The notes: generated from the sequence alone by a model not told the origin. A stretch of 64,000 bases of DNA from an uncultured Candidatus Saccharibacteria bacterium (GCA_963548065.1 CAUUSZ010000001.1:22594-86593); one strand, 5' to 3'; counted from the first letter of the stretch, positions 17,292 to 27,972 are shown. Translations and numbers: made by a program.

Positions 17292-18513
17292 CAATATCAA
17301 TCCCGCCCCACCACTGATGATGCATATCGATCTCAATAGCTGCTTTGCCACAATCGAGCAGCAATCTCGGCCGTTGCTCCGCCACCGCCCAGTTGTCATC
17401 GTCAATCGGCGCAACCAGCATGCGGCTATCGTCACCGCAAGCTACGAAGCCAAAGCGCGTGGTGTCCGCACTGGCATGCGCTTACCCGCAGCGCGGCTTC
17501 TCTGCCCCAATATCGTCCCGCTAGAAAGCGATCCACCCAAGTATCGCTATGTCTACCACCGACTTGCAACCATCCTCAGCGACTACTCACCCAGTGCCAC
17601 CATGAAAAGCATCGACGAAGGGGTAGTCGACCTCAGCCAAAGCCCACCCGACATCCGAGCACGCGGCGCACTGGCGATTGGCCAAGAGATCAAGCAGCGC
17701 CTCCGTAGCGAAGTTGGCGACTACATGCGCTGCAATGTTGGCATCGGCACCAACCGCTGGCTAGCTAAGATTGCTGCCGGTATCAATAAACCCGATGGCC
17801 TGACTTGCATCACTGCAGATAATCTCCACGCAGTACTCGCTACGCTATCGCTCGAAGACCTCACTGGTATTGCCACTGGCTACAGCAAGCGCCTCCACCA
17901 GGTTGGTATCCAGACACCACTGGACTTTCTGACCGCAGACGAAGCAACGCTCGAGCACATGGTATTTCATGGCAAGCCAGGGCGCGACTGGTATAAGCGG
18001 CTGCGTGGTTGGGAGGTAGATAATGATGAGCGCCCACTCAAGACAGTCGGGCGGCAGTTCGTCCTCGATCAGCCAAATCTCAATTACGATCAAGTCTTGC
18101 GCCGCTTCCACGTCCTGTGCGAAGACATCGCGGCTGCGCTCCGGCAACAATACGTGCGCGCCCGTGGTGTACGTCTCTATGTCAAAAACTATCAAATAGG
18201 CCGCTGGCACAACCACGAGCGCCGCGAGTATCCGTTGTGTGATGGCACTACGCTCTTCCAGATCGTCAAGCGACTCACCCAATCGATGCCACTGCCCGCC
18301 TATGAGATTGGTATGTCGTGTTATCTTCTTACAAGCGAGACAGACGCACAGCTCGCGCTCTTCGACGACCCATCAGCTCGCCAGGCTCTCACCGTCGCAA
18401 TCGACGAGATCAACCAATTCTACGGCCCACACACCGTCCAGCCAGCCGATACTCTCGGCATCGCCACGCAGATGAAGCGCAAAATACCGTTTGGTAGCGT
18501 GCGGTATTTATGA
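17281..18513 (+). CDS. dinB: DNA polymerase IV (Y-family)
   Basis: MMHIDLNSCFATIEQQ...PVVIV, SIDEGVVDL and the HhH/little-finger regions are typical DinB/UmuC family motifs. Confidence 0.9.
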   Translation: MSHSNINPAPPLMMHIDLNSCFATIEQQSRPLLRHRPVVIVNRRNQHAAIVTASYEAKARGVRTGMRLPAARLLCPNIVPLESDPPKYRYVYHRLATILSDYSPSATMKSIDEGVVDLSQSPPDIRARGALAIGQEIKQRLRSEVGDYMRCNVGIGTNRWLAKIAAGINKPDGLTCITADNLHAVLATLSLEDLTGIATGYSKRLHQVGIQTPLDFLTADEATLEHMVFHGKPGRDWYKRLRGWEVDNDERPLKTVGRQFVLDQPNLNYDQVLRRFHVLCEDIAAALRQQYVRARGVRLYVKNYQIGRWHNHERREYPLCDGTTLFQIVKRLTQSMPLPAYEIGMSCYLLTSETDAQLALFDDPSARQALTVAIDEINQFYGPHTVQPADTLGIATQMKRKIPFGSVRYL

Positions 18514-19287
18514 GCACTCATTGTGCACTATTGCCATCAACTCATCGTGCACAGCGCCATTAGACACAAGTGCACCACAAAACGGCCGCGTATAATCAAG
18601 CGGCTGGCCCGATACACTCGTAATCTTACCGCCAGCCTCCTCAACAATAACGTGCACCGCTGCCATATCATACGCATTCACCTTCTCGGCATAATACCCA
18701 ACGAAGCGCCCCTCAGCCACGCGAACACTCTTGGCTACTGCGCCACTAATGCTTGCCGTGCTCACCTTGCGTTCGATCAGCTTATCATAATATTTATGGC
18801 GGCGGATATTCGCATAGCTGCACGACGCCGCAAAGATCCCCTCCGCAAGCGTCTGGCGGTTCACCTGCAGCCGCGTACCGTTGCAAAAGGCACCATGGCC
18901 ACGCACTGCCCAGTAGAGCCGATCTGTCATTGGTTCATAGCCAACGCCAATAGTTGGCACGCCATCAACCACCAGTGCCAGCGAAAACATTGCTGTGGGC
19001 ACACCCCAGGTAAAGGCCTTCGTGCCGTCGACTGGGTCGCACAGCCACTTTCGCCCAAGGCCATAACTCGCCGTGCTCTCCTCTTCGCCAATGACGCCAT
19101 CGTCCGGGAAGGTCTCGTGGAGGCGTTGGATCACCAGCGAGTTGATTGTTGTATCGGCAATTGTCACTGGCGTGCCATCCGCCTTGGTCTGGCGCTGTTG
19201 GTCGCCATCAAAATAGCGGCGCATAACACCGCCCGCCTCGCGAGCAATCCGCTGCGCGGTATGAAGTTCTTGTTCGTACATGCTCAT
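18508..19287 (-). CDS. Inositol monophosphatase family protein
   Basis: GEEE...WLCDPVDGTKAF and WDMAAV-like (YDMAAVHVIVEEAGG) are IMPase motifs. Confidence 0.85.
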   Translation of the reverse strand: MSMYEQELHTAQRIAREAGGVMRRYFDGDQQRQTKADGTPVTIADTTINSLVIQRLHETFPDDGVIGEEESTASYGLGRKWLCDPVDGTKAFTWGVPTAMFSLALVVDGVPTIGVGYEPMTDRLYWAVRGHGAFCNGTRLQVNRQTLAEGIFAASCSYANIRRHKYYDKLIERKVSTASISGAVAKSVRVAEGRFVGYYAEKVNAYDMAAVHVIVEEAGGKITSVSGQPLDYTRPFCGALVSNGAVHDELMAIVHNECS

Positions 19288-19489
19288 CAGTATATACCGT
19301 TGGCTCTTGTGAGTGCAATACTGAGACGCTCCATTACCATAGCTGGAAGGATATCGGCCATGCTATCTCCTATCCGCAAAACCAAAATATACAGCGAAAA
19401 AGTAATCACTCTCCCCTTGTCATTACTATACACTCGGTGTATAGTAGATAATATCACTAGTATTATTTTAACCGAATGAGGATAAAGCA

Positions 19490-20437
19490 ATGACAAAAAA
19501 GCTTCTGAAAATTCTGGGTATCATCATAGCAATACTCTTAGTATGCTTTGTGTTGCTTGTGCTTTATATGAATTACCTCAACCAAAGCATCACCGGCGAC
19601 GATGGTGTGGCAAAGGGTTACGCTGCAAAGCTAAGCCCCAGTGGCACGCTAGAGCAGCGTTATACTAAGCCAGGCCCCTACCGCGTCGCGCACCACACTC
19701 ATCGCAGCGATAGCACAGCCATCAAAGAGTATCATATCTATGCCCCGCAACGCACTTCTCCAAACCAGACTTTTCCGCTTGTACTGATGGTCAATGGCAC
19801 CGCCACCTACGCATCTACTTATGCGCCAATATTCGAGCATTTGGCCAGCTGGGGTTTTGTTGTCATTGGCAATGAGGACGGCTGGCCAGGCACTGGTGCA
19901 ACGACATCGACCATGCTTGACACTGCGCTAGAGCTCAACACTGCCGAGAGCAGCCCCATCAAGGGATTCGTCAATACAAGCAAAATCGGCATCGCCGGGC
20001 ATTCCCAAGGCGGAGCTGGTGCTATCAATGCCGCCACAAAATACGGTAACAGTAGCCGTTATGCCTCCCTCTACACTGCTAGCGCTGTTGGCCATGGCAC
20101 CGCAAACAGCAACAACTGGCACTACGACACCAGCAAGCTCAAGACAGCCACCTACATGATGGCTGGCACTGGCCCAAGCGACAACCTCGCCATTAGCCCA
20201 CTGGGCGACTTACAGCAGAATTTCCGCGCTCTTAATACAGACAAACCAAGCGTCATCGCGCGGCGCAAGACCGTTGGTCACAAAGATGTCCTCGAATATG
20301 GCGATGCCTACATGACCGCCTGGTTCCTCTGGACGCTGAGCGACAATACTGAAGCAAAAGCGGTCTTCGCTGGTGATAATGCCGAGCTTCGGCACAACAG
20401 CGACTGGCAGGATGTCGAGACAAAGCACATACAATAA
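19490..20437 (+). CDS. Membrane-anchored alpha/beta hydrolase (lipase/esterase-like)
   Basis: It has an N-terminal TM helix and the nucleophile elbow IGIAGHSQGGAGA. The fold resembles dienelactone hydrolase, chlorophyllase or cutinase. The SD is GAGGA. Confidence 0.7.
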   Translation: MTKKLLKILGIIIAILLVCFVLLVLYMNYLNQSITGDDGVAKGYAAKLSPSGTLEQRYTKPGPYRVAHHTHRSDSTAIKEYHIYAPQRTSPNQTFPLVLMVNGTATYASTYAPIFEHLASWGFVVIGNEDGWPGTGATTSTMLDTALELNTAESSPIKGFVNTSKIGIAGHSQGGAGAINAATKYGNSSRYASLYTASAVGHGTANSNNWHYDTSKLKTATYMMAGTGPSDNLAISPLGDLQQNFRALNTDKPSVIARRKTVGHKDVLEYGDAYMTAWFLWTLSDNTEAKAVFAGDNAELRHNSDWQDVETKHIQ

Positions 20438-20450
20438 AGCTAAAGCTCAC

Positions 20451-20481
20451 GCTACGCTAGCCAAGAAACGGCTAGCGTAGC
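20451..20481. terminator. Bidirectional hairpin between convergent genes
   Basis: A perfect 12 bp stem GCTACGCTAGCC-aagaaac-GGCTAGCGTAGC has T-rich flanks on both strands. Confidence 0.75.
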
Positions 20482-20506
20482 TCTTATTATTGCTATTATT
20501 GCTTAC

Positions 20507-20743
20507 TTAATCTTCCTGACGTAGTGCTCGCAAAACCCTCTCTTCTTCGCCTGGTGCAAATACCGTCATCGTCCCGCCAATCACATCAATAGGCGTCGTC
20601 TTGCTGATATTTGGAATAATCCCATCAGTTTTTGACAAGTCATAGGCTGCATTATCATCAAACACAGTGAAGCGCGTTATCGGGTCTCCAGGCTTCCAAT
20701 AGCTATCCTCAACACGATGAAGTGCCCACTTGATTGCAGCCAC
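20507..20743 (-). CDS. Hypothetical protein
   Basis: This 78 aa ORF has no motif. Confidence 0.4.
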   Translation of the reverse strand: MAAIKWALHRVEDSYWKPGDPITRFTVFDDNAAYDLSKTDGIIPNISKTTPIDVIGGTMTVFAPGEEERVLRALRQED

Positions 20744-20854
20744 ACCAAAGTGGCGAACCTTCTCTTTTACCCCCCTAGAAGGTCAAAATGTTCTTCAGGT
20801 TTTTGCGGTAAGGTGTCGTGTGTTCTCGTCATAATTGCCTATATTATACCACAG

Positions 20855-21436
20855 TTATCGCTCTATTGCGTCGCACACTGCTGCCACATACCGTGGGTCA
20901 TCAACCGCATGCCCAGCGCCTTTTACCACTGTGCCATGAACGGTGGGGATATGTTGCACGGCGGTATCAAAGACAAGTTTCATCTCTGGCCACTTAATAA
21001 ACTCCTCGGAGCCAACGAAAATCTGCACAGGGCAGGCGATACGCTGCGCAGCCGCTACCAAGCTCACCTGCTTGGCATATTCGAGCCGTCGCTTGCCAAT
21101 AGTGCGCCAATTACGCTTAGACCAATACTCCGCGCACTCTGCAAACGATGGCGACAGCGAAAAGAGCCATAGCTCACTCGGTGCCTGCTCACACGCCGCT
21201 AAGAACGCAATGCATGCCCCAAACGAGAAACCAGCCAGGATGGTCTCAGCTGGATCATACTGCCGATACCGCTCATGTAGCGTCTGCAACCACTGTTTTT
21301 GCATAGTGCGATGCCACTGGATTGGCACAAATTCTACCGCGTAGCCCATTGCTCGCCAGCGGTTCATCAGTGTATCGTAATCACGGTTGGCGCGCCCTTC
21401 TTGGAAGCCCGGCACAAAGAGAATTGTCTTGTTCAT
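20855..21436 (-). CDS. Alpha/beta hydrolase (YdeN-like serine hydrolase)
   Basis: ILFVPGFQEG and the elbow LAGFSFGA are present, and the size is about 190 aa. The start was taken at ATG 21436 (MNKTILF). The ORF is open to a GTG at 21469. Confidence 0.65.
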   Translation of the reverse strand: MNKTILFVPGFQEGRANRDYDTLMNRWRAMGYAVEFVPIQWHRTMQKQWLQTLHERYRQYDPAETILAGFSFGACIAFLAACEQAPSELWLFSLSPSFAECAEYWSKRNWRTIGKRRLEYAKQVSLVAAAQRIACPVQIFVGSEEFIKWPEMKLVFDTAVQHIPTVHGTVVKGAGHAVDDPRYVAAVCDAIER

Positions 21437-21720
21437 ACAGCTATGATGCCATATTTCTGGTGGTAGCACAATAGTTTCCTAGCTTGCTTTCAGAACCATC
21501 TCCCTCCTGTCTACTGTTTTGTCTGTGAAATATCAGAAATTGCTACTACGCCATAGTTATGCTTTTCAGCTCCCGCACTAGGAAGCGATTTTTGAGCGTA
21601 CATATGTATCTTTACTATAGTGAGCCCTATAGTTACTGACACCAGTCAAATATTCTTAACCAATACCACGCGGCAAGAAGCAACCTACCGCTTCACCCTC
21701 TTCTTCGCTATACTAGATAT

Positions 21721-22395
21721 ATGACAACACTAACGAAATTTGCCCACTCTTGCTTTACTATTACAATTGACGGCCAAAGCTTGGTCGTCGACCCAGGTGT
21801 ATACACCGATGACTTTGCTATGCCGCAGCAGGTAGCGGTAGTCCTCATTACCCATGCGCATCCCGACCATTATAGCCCTGCGCTCATCAAGCGTATTATA
21901 CAGGCATTTCCTGAGGCGGAGATTATAAGTGTTCATGATATTATTGTGGATAGTACAACGATATCTTTGCCAGAAGGCACACTCTCTGTCTGCCATGCAA
22001 TAGCCGCGGTGCCTGGTGATACGCTCCAGATCGGGCCATTCACGCTTGAGTTCTTTGGCGGTGAGCACGCCGTGGTGAGCCCAGACATTCCGCGCCTCCA
22101 CAACCTTGCCGTGCTCATCAACAATCGCATCTACTACCCTGGCGATTCCTTCGCTTTGCCTCAGCGTCCCATCGACGTCCTTGCCCTGCCTGTAGCCGCA
22201 CCATGGCTCAAGTTCTCCGAGGCACGCAGCTTCTTGCAGGCCGTCGCCCCGCGCCTCGCCTTCCCTGTTCATGACGCCATCTTGAGTGATGCTGGCAAGG
22301 GATTGATTGATACACTGTGCACAGCAGCGGCGGCGGAGGTTGGAGTAGAATATCAGCGATTTAATATAACAACATTACCTCAAAAGGATACGTAA
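21721..22395 (+). CDS. MBL-fold metallo-hydrolase
   Basis: VLITHAHPDHY is the HxHxDH motif. A TATACT lies 6 nt upstream of the ATG. Confidence 0.8.
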   Translation: MTTLTKFAHSCFTITIDGQSLVVDPGVYTDDFAMPQQVAVVLITHAHPDHYSPALIKRIIQAFPEAEIISVHDIIVDSTTISLPEGTLSVCHAIAAVPGDTLQIGPFTLEFFGGEHAVVSPDIPRLHNLAVLINNRIYYPGDSFALPQRPIDVLALPVAAPWLKFSEARSFLQAVAPRLAFPVHDAILSDAGKGLIDTLCTAAAAEVGVEYQRFNITTLPQKDT

Positions 22396-22526
22396 TCATT
22401 ATACCTTCTTGATAATTAATCGATATATTATCGTTCTTGGAGCCATCAAGCCTGATTGCTCTAGCCGCATATGCGGTTTCGTTATGCAGTGGCATCCTGC
22501 CCTGCAGCTATCTTCGAGGAGAAGAT

Positions 22527-22745
22527 ATGGCGACTGGCCGCCCCCAGAAGGGTATGACCAGAAAGAACCACCACGATTCGCTGTCTCAGTCGGGACAGCA
22601 GCGCTACACAAGCGGTAACAGTACGTCGCCGCGAACGACATACAGTAGCGCTCCCACGCCGAAGGATACGCCGTCGAAGGCGAGCACACCGCGGATGGGG
22701 CGTGGCGGTAACACGAACAGCAAGGCTCCCTACAAGAGCTTCTAG
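22527..22745 (+). CDS. Small basic Ser/Thr-rich protein (hypothetical, likely disordered)
   Basis: The ATG at 22527 is preceded by GAGGAGAAGAT. The 72 aa ORF is followed by a strong hairpin. It was preferred over the antisense 96 aa ORF, which has an implausible composition. Confidence 0.4.
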   Translation: MATGRPQKGMTRKNHHDSLSQSGQQRYTSGNSTSPRTTYSSAPTPKDTPSKASTPRMGRGGNTNSKAPYKSF

Positions 22746-22755
22746 GCCGTTCGCT

Positions 22756-22793
22756 GCCACCTCCCTTCTCATTATCACAAGGAGGGAGGTGGC
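22756..22793 (+). terminator. Hairpin after the small basic ORF
   Basis: An 11 bp stem GCCACCTCCCT / AGGGAGGTGGC has a 16 nt loop. There is no clear T-run. Confidence 0.45.
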
Positions 22794-22831
22794 TCTATCC
22801 CTGTCATCGGTGATATATTAGATATGACATT

Positions 22832-23701
22832 ATGATTACTCATCTCTATTCATTCTATGATCTACCGTTTGATCATGATGTATGTCATGTGTATGAACAC
22901 CTGGTTTTACAGCGGTTCCTAGCACTCCTCGAAAATCATGGTTTGTGTCGAGCATTTGTCGGCAATGTACACGGGCAAACAATTGAATCTACGATATTTT
23001 TTGAGCTAGAAGTCTACACTGCCCATAGTAAACAACTATTTGAAACAGCACTAAAAGAGACCAAACCATTAAGTTCTGCGGCCACCCAGCGAGTACTTGG
23101 GCATATTGAAGCAGAAATGCAAACAACCATAGTAGTTGACCAGCCCGTACTTGATATACAGCTCACTGCATTAGCAAAACACATCAACGGCGCAACGCAG
23201 ACATCCACTATCACACCCCCAAGTCCACTGAGCATAACTGAGTCACCACACGTATTTGACAATATCACGCTCAGCATTGAAGCACCAGACGCAAGCGACG
23301 ACGCGACACGCGCTTTCTTTTGTTTCTACCCAGCTTTGCTGGATATTGCCCGTGATGGGCTACAAGATCTGGCCATCTACCCAGCTAAAAATGGCACATT
23401 TACTGCCTACTACGATGGCAATGCGGTAGCGCAGCAATTTACTATCAAAAAGAATGTACCATCATCGCTCACTGCGTTAGTAGAAAATATACTTCGCACT
23501 TTTCCAGTACATCAGCATCATCACGCAATCGCACACATGGCGAAGGTATTTGCCACCGATCCAACGTATTTTTCTATACCACTCCACTTTTATGAAACGA
23601 CAAATACTCAAGCAACGTGTGAAATGCTTGCTCGGTCTATCACACCAGCACACCTCCATACTATTCTAAGCACAGCAACGGTGACGGTTAGTAGATCGTA
23701 G
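22832..23701 (+). CDS. Hypothetical protein with HxxEH motif
   Basis: This is a 289 aa ORF. The N-terminal CHVYEHLVL matches the inverted zinc motif HxxEH of M16-type peptidases, but the protein is far shorter than a pitrilysin. The assignment is weak. Confidence 0.45.
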   Translation: MITHLYSFYDLPFDHDVCHVYEHLVLQRFLALLENHGLCRAFVGNVHGQTIESTIFFELEVYTAHSKQLFETALKETKPLSSAATQRVLGHIEAEMQTTIVVDQPVLDIQLTALAKHINGATQTSTITPPSPLSITESPHVFDNITLSIEAPDASDDATRAFFCFYPALLDIARDGLQDLAIYPAKNGTFTAYYDGNAVAQQFTIKKNVPSSLTALVENILRTFPVHQHHHAIAHMAKVFATDPTYFSIPLHFYETTNTQATCEMLARSITPAHLHTILSTATVTVSRS

Positions 23702-23712
23702 AACAGTAGTAC

Positions 23713-24126
23713 CTACTTATTCTCTCGAGTCAGCACCCGATCACTCCACTCCTGCCAGCGGCCGAAGCTGCTCTGCTTTGATAGATCCAAGAACTCGCCA
23801 GTGCTCCATTCCACCAGCCGCATGCCAAGCTCCTGGATGAGATACGCAAATACCTCCGTTGGCTCCCTACTACCCCTGACGCGCAGCCCCATCGTGATGA
23901 GTTGCTCCCTATGTTTGCTCAGGCTACATTCAATCAGCCACTCTTTCTTCTCCATAACAAGCCACGACGGGTCGCGCGTGTCTAGCTGCGCATCGCATGC
24001 TTTGGCAGCCTTTTCGAGCTCAGCAATCATCTGCTGGTGCACGAGCGGCACGCAGTCTTCTTCCGTCAGGTCGTCGACCGACTGGACATGACGTTTTGTT
24101 TTGATTGCGGTGAGATCCCAGCTCAT
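23713..24126 (-). CDS. Hypothetical protein
   Basis: This 137 aa ORF has an AAGGAGA SD about 11 nt upstream. Confidence 0.5.
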   Translation of the reverse strand: MSWDLTAIKTKRHVQSVDDLTEEDCVPLVHQQMIAELEKAAKACDAQLDTRDPSWLVMEKKEWLIECSLSKHREQLITMGLRVRGSREPTEVFAYLIQELGMRLVEWSTGEFLDLSKQSSFGRWQEWSDRVLTRENK

Positions 24127-24202
24127 AGGGTCACCGTCTCCTTGTGCACTTTTGTTTCATTTGCACCAGATTCGTAACGATAGCTAGCACTTGCTCATCT
24201 GT

Positions 24203-25981
24203 TTACAACCCCAACTCCTTCAGCTGCCCGGGTTCTACCTGCGCGGGTGAGTCCATCATGACGTCGACACCGCTGCCGTTTTTGGGGAAGGCGAGAGTTT
24301 CGCGGACGTTGTGCTCGCCGGTTAGCTCCATCAGGATGCGGTCAATGCCAAAGGCGCAGCCCGCGTGTGGCGGCGCACCGTAGGTAAAGGCCCGCAGCAT
24401 AGCGCCAAACTTCTCTTCCACATACTGCCGGCTATAGCCCAGCAGCCCGAATACTTCGTACAGCACGGCCGGGTTGTGGTTGCGTACACCGCCGCTGCAG
24501 ATTTCGTAGCCGTTCATCACCATATCGAACTGGTCGGCTAGGATAGCTAACTTTTCGTCATCGGTCTGGGCGGCTTGCAGGGTGCTGAGCCCACCCTTTG
24601 GCATACTAAAGGGATTGTGGCCAAAGTCGAGCTTACGGGCATGCTCGTCCCACTCGTAGAATGGGAAATCGATAATCCAGGCCAGCGCCACCGCCTGCGG
24701 ATCCTTCAGGCCAAAGTGCTCGGCAAACTCACTACGCAGCCGCCCTAGCACTGCATTGACCACCGGGCGCCTATCGGCCCCAAAGAAGACCGCATCGCCG
24801 TCCTTGGCCCCTGTTTTGGCTTGGATGGCGACGAGCTCATCCTCACTCAAAAACTTAGCAATTGGACTCTTGGCCGCGCCGTCCTGGTAGGTAATGTAGG
24901 CCAGGCCGCCTGCGCCCTCAGCTTTGGCGATGTGGGTAAAGCCATCGATTTGCTTGCGGCTGAGCGACGCGCCGTTTGTGACGCAGATTGCCTTGATACA
25001 TTCAGCGTTTTTGAACACGCCAAATTCGGTGTTGGCAAACACGTCCGTTAGCTCGACCAGCTCCATGCCAAAGCGCAGGTCTGGCTTGTCGCTACCATAG
25101 GTTTCCATGGCGGTTTGGTACGGGATGCGCGGGATGGGTTGGCCATCACCGGCCGGCAGATCACTCAGATCCAGCAGCGTCTTGCCAGCAAAATCCGTCA
25201 CCAGCTGCTGCATCAGTGGCTCCATCATCTGGCGGACTTGCTCGCCATCCTCCACAAAGCTCATCTCGAGATCCAGCTGGTAAAACTCACCATACAGGCG
25301 ATCGGCGCGCGGGTCTTCATCGCGGAAACAAGCGGCCAGCTGATAGTAGCGCGGCACGCCGCCAACCATCAGCAGCTGCTTAAACTGCTGCGGTGCTTGT
25401 GGCAGAGCGTAGAACTTACCTTCTTGCAAGCGGCTGGGGATCAGGAAGTCGCGCGCACCCTCGGGGCTGGAATTTGCAAGGATTGGCGTTTGGATTTCGA
25501 TGAAATCATGCTCGTCCATATACTGGCGCATGCGGCGGTACATATCGGCGCGGCGGCGCAGCATCGTTTGCAGCTTGGGGCGGCGCAGATCCAGGTAGCG
25601 GTAGGCAAAGCGCAGATCTTCACCCGCTTGGTTGGTCTCGCTAAAGGGCTGGATGGGCAGGGTCTCGGCTTTATTGAGCACCTCTAGCTCGCTTACCACA
25701 AGCTCGATGCTACCACTGGCAATGTTGGGGTTGGCCAGACCCTCACCACGCTGGCGCACCTCGCCGCGGGCGCGCAGGACGTACTCGTCGCGGGCATGCT
25801 CTGCCAGGGCAAAGGCGGCGGTTCGCTCAGGGCTAACGACCAGCTGCACCAGGCCAGTGTGGTCGCGCAGGTCGATGAAAATCAGGCCACCATGGTCGCG
25901 CCGTGCATGCACCCAGCCGGCCACAGTGATGGTTTGGCCGGTGTAATCCGGCGTTTGGTTGGCAAGTATTCGTTGTGTCAT
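24203..25981 (-). CDS. aspS: Aspartate--tRNA ligase
   Basis: It has an OB-fold N-domain (VAGWVHARRDHGGLIFIDLRD), class II motifs (FRDEDPRADR, QLDLEMSF, GGVRNH.. , GAPPHAGCAFGIDR) and the bacterial insertion domain. The start is at MTQRIL (25981). Confidence 0.95.
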   Translation of the reverse strand: MTQRILANQTPDYTGQTITVAGWVHARRDHGGLIFIDLRDHTGLVQLVVSPERTAAFALAEHARDEYVLRARGEVRQRGEGLANPNIASGSIELVVSELEVLNKAETLPIQPFSETNQAGEDLRFAYRYLDLRRPKLQTMLRRRADMYRRMRQYMDEHDFIEIQTPILANSSPEGARDFLIPSRLQEGKFYALPQAPQQFKQLLMVGGVPRYYQLAACFRDEDPRADRLYGEFYQLDLEMSFVEDGEQVRQMMEPLMQQLVTDFAGKTLLDLSDLPAGDGQPIPRIPYQTAMETYGSDKPDLRFGMELVELTDVFANTEFGVFKNAECIKAICVTNGASLSRKQIDGFTHIAKAEGAGGLAYITYQDGAAKSPIAKFLSEDELVAIQAKTGAKDGDAVFFGADRRPVVNAVLGRLRSEFAEHFGLKDPQAVALAWIIDFPFYEWDEHARKLDFGHNPFSMPKGGLSTLQAAQTDDEKLAILADQFDMVMNGYEICSGGVRNHNPAVLYEVFGLLGYSRQYVEEKFGAMLRAFTYGAPPHAGCAFGIDRILMELTGEHNVRETLAFPKNGSGVDVMMDSPAQVEPGQLKELGL

Positions 25982-26004
25982 ATCTGTTAGATTATACCAC
26001 AATT

Positions 26005-27027
26005 TCAGGCATCATTCTGCTCGCCCATGGGGAGGGCACGCGGCTGCGTGGGTTCGGGCAATGCTACTGGCTGGCTATATACCTCGTCATCATCCGCTGC
26101 GGGAGCATGACCAAGCAAAGCTTCGATGCAATCGTCCAACGTCACCATCCCCACCGTCTCACGATACGTATTGACGACAATGAAGACCTGTTGGCGCGTC
26201 TTAATAAATGCACCCAAGGCTTGCTCGAGTGACTGTGCCCCGTCGATGTAGTACACATTTGGGTCCATCACCGTTTGCACCTGAGCCGACACTGCCTCCT
26301 TAAGCGACATAAAGTCGCGGGTGTGTAGCACGCCAATAATATGATCAATGTCGCCATCCACCACTGGGAAGCGGCTATGCCCGGTGCGGTGCAACTCATC
26401 GAGTAACAGCGGCCCCACCATAGCGTCTTGCTCAACTGTCTTGATGGCTTGGCGCGGCACCATGACTGCCTCGACCGTCTTGCGCGCAAAGGTCAAACTC
26501 CCCAGCGCTTGCTCACGCTCGACTGGTGGCAAGACTGATGGCCGAGCATGACGTACCAGATGCTCAAGCTCAGCCCGCGACCCCAGGCGAAGATTCGTCT
26601 CTACCGGTGGCACAAACGAACGGACAATGCGCACCACTCGCGGGAACCGCCCAGCAAAGCTCACGAAGCTCGGCTCAACTGCATTATAAAAGCGCTGGGC
26701 AATCGCATGCACCCAACCAATCCGCCCCACGCCACCGTGGAGCAGTGCTACCGCGAGCGCCACCAGCACACCGCCACCAAAGTCAAACGCGCCAATGCTT
26801 GCCATCACCATCAGCACTAGCAATAGCGCCACCACGCAGCGCTGAAGCGAGACGAGATCATCATAGACGGCAATGCGCCGCAACTGGTGGATCGCTGTGC
26901 GATTATTCTGCTGGCGACGGCGCTCAAGCTCGTATTGGCTCACTGGTGGTATATCGGGCCATGCACTGCCAGCCAGGATGAGGGCAATCACAAAGATACC
27001 AAAGATGATGATCATGAGCGTTTCCAT
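26005..27027 (-). CDS. DUF21/CNNM-type membrane protein with CBS pair (HlyC/CorC-like transporter)
   Basis: N-terminal TM helices are followed by two CBS-like repeats (VMVPRQAI..., IGVLHTRD..., VVNTYRETVGMVTLDD). The start is ATG 27027 (METLMII), with a TACAAT 6 nt upstream. Confidence 0.8.
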   Translation of the reverse strand: METLMIIIFGIFVIALILAGSAWPDIPPVSQYELERRRQQNNRTAIHQLRRIAVYDDLVSLQRCVVALLLVLMVMASIGAFDFGGGVLVALAVALLHGGVGRIGWVHAIAQRFYNAVEPSFVSFAGRFPRVVRIVRSFVPPVETNLRLGSRAELEHLVRHARPSVLPPVEREQALGSLTFARKTVEAVMVPRQAIKTVEQDAMVGPLLLDELHRTGHSRFPVVDGDIDHIIGVLHTRDFMSLKEAVSAQVQTVMDPNVYYIDGAQSLEQALGAFIKTRQQVFIVVNTYRETVGMVTLDDCIEALLGHAPAADDDEVYSQPVALPEPTQPRALPMGEQNDA

Positions 27028-27151
27028 GCCATCATTGTAGCGCACTCCCCTGATCGGCTCAATGCTTTAGCCCTACGCAGTACCTCTGTCAGCTTGATTC
27101 GGCCACTCGAGCACGATATAATATGCAAGAATAAGGAGGAATGTTTCGTTT

Positions 27152-27919
27152 ATGACAAAAAAATCATGGCTGATCTTTGCAGTGCTCTGCCTCTCAATCT
27201 TAGGTGGGCTCGTGTGGCTGTCGCGCCAAGGTGAGTCGATCAATCTGTCGGGTGTCGACCCGTTGCAGGTACAAAGCGCCAGTAGCCAAAATGGCGACAT
27301 CGCCGACCATACCCACGGGAGCAAATCACCCAAGGTAACAATCATCGAATATGGAGACTTCCAGTGCCCTGGCTGTTCGCAGGCCTCGCCCGCCCTCAAG
27401 GCAGTCACTGAGAAATACAAGGACCACGTGCAGCTCATCTTCCGCAACAACCCTCTCTCGTCTATCCACCCCAATGCACTCGCGGCAGCGGCGGCAGTTG
27501 AGTCGGCTGGCTTCCAAGGTAAATATTGGGAGATGCACGACAAAGTCTACACCGAACAAAATTCGTGGCAGTCACTCGACGGTACAGAACGCACCAACTA
27601 CTTCGCCACCACTGCACAGGGGCTTGGCCTCGACGTCGACCGCTTTAAGACCGACCTCGCTGAGGCCGACCGCTCAGGTGCCCGGATTAAGAAAAAGATC
27701 GCCTTCGATAAATCCCTGGCTGGTGCCCAAAATGCCGCCAGTGCCACACCAGCTATTCTCGTCAATGGCAAGAATGTGACCAACCAATACGTCAAGGACG
27801 GCAAACTCACCACCTCAGGCAGCTCAGATGCGCGCCAAGTGTGGGCCGATGCAGATGCCTTTGGTAAGCTCGTCATTGAGCCAGCGCTCAAAGAAAAGGG
27901 TGTCTCCTTGCCACAATAG
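27152..27919 (+). CDS. DsbA-family thiol:disulfide oxidoreductase
   Basis: It has a signal-anchor, the motif YGDFQCPGC (CxxC) and the thioredoxin-fold context. The SD is AAGGAGG. Confidence 0.8.
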   Translation: MTKKSWLIFAVLCLSILGGLVWLSRQGESINLSGVDPLQVQSASSQNGDIADHTHGSKSPKVTIIEYGDFQCPGCSQASPALKAVTEKYKDHVQLIFRNNPLSSIHPNALAAAAAVESAGFQGKYWEMHDKVYTEQNSWQSLDGTERTNYFATTAQGLGLDVDRFKTDLAEADRSGARIKKKIAFDKSLAGAQNAASATPAILVNGKNVTNQYVKDGKLTTSGSSDARQVWADADAFGKLVIEPALKEKGVSLPQ

Positions 27920-27937
27920 CCCTTGCTCTAGCAAGCC

Positions 27938-27972
27938 AAAAAAACCACCTCATATCAGAGGTGGTTTTATTA
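27938..27972. terminator. Intrinsic (bidirectional) terminator
   Basis: AAAAACCACCTC-atatca-GAGGTGGTTTTATT. Confidence 0.8.

Noticed and set aside
22399-22689. A 96 aa minus-strand ORF lies opposite the small basic ORF.
   Set aside because: Its composition is Cys/Tyr/Trp-rich and non-protein-like, and it has no SD or -10 context. The plus-strand ORF has a GAGGAG SD and a downstream hairpin, though it too is only a low-confidence call.
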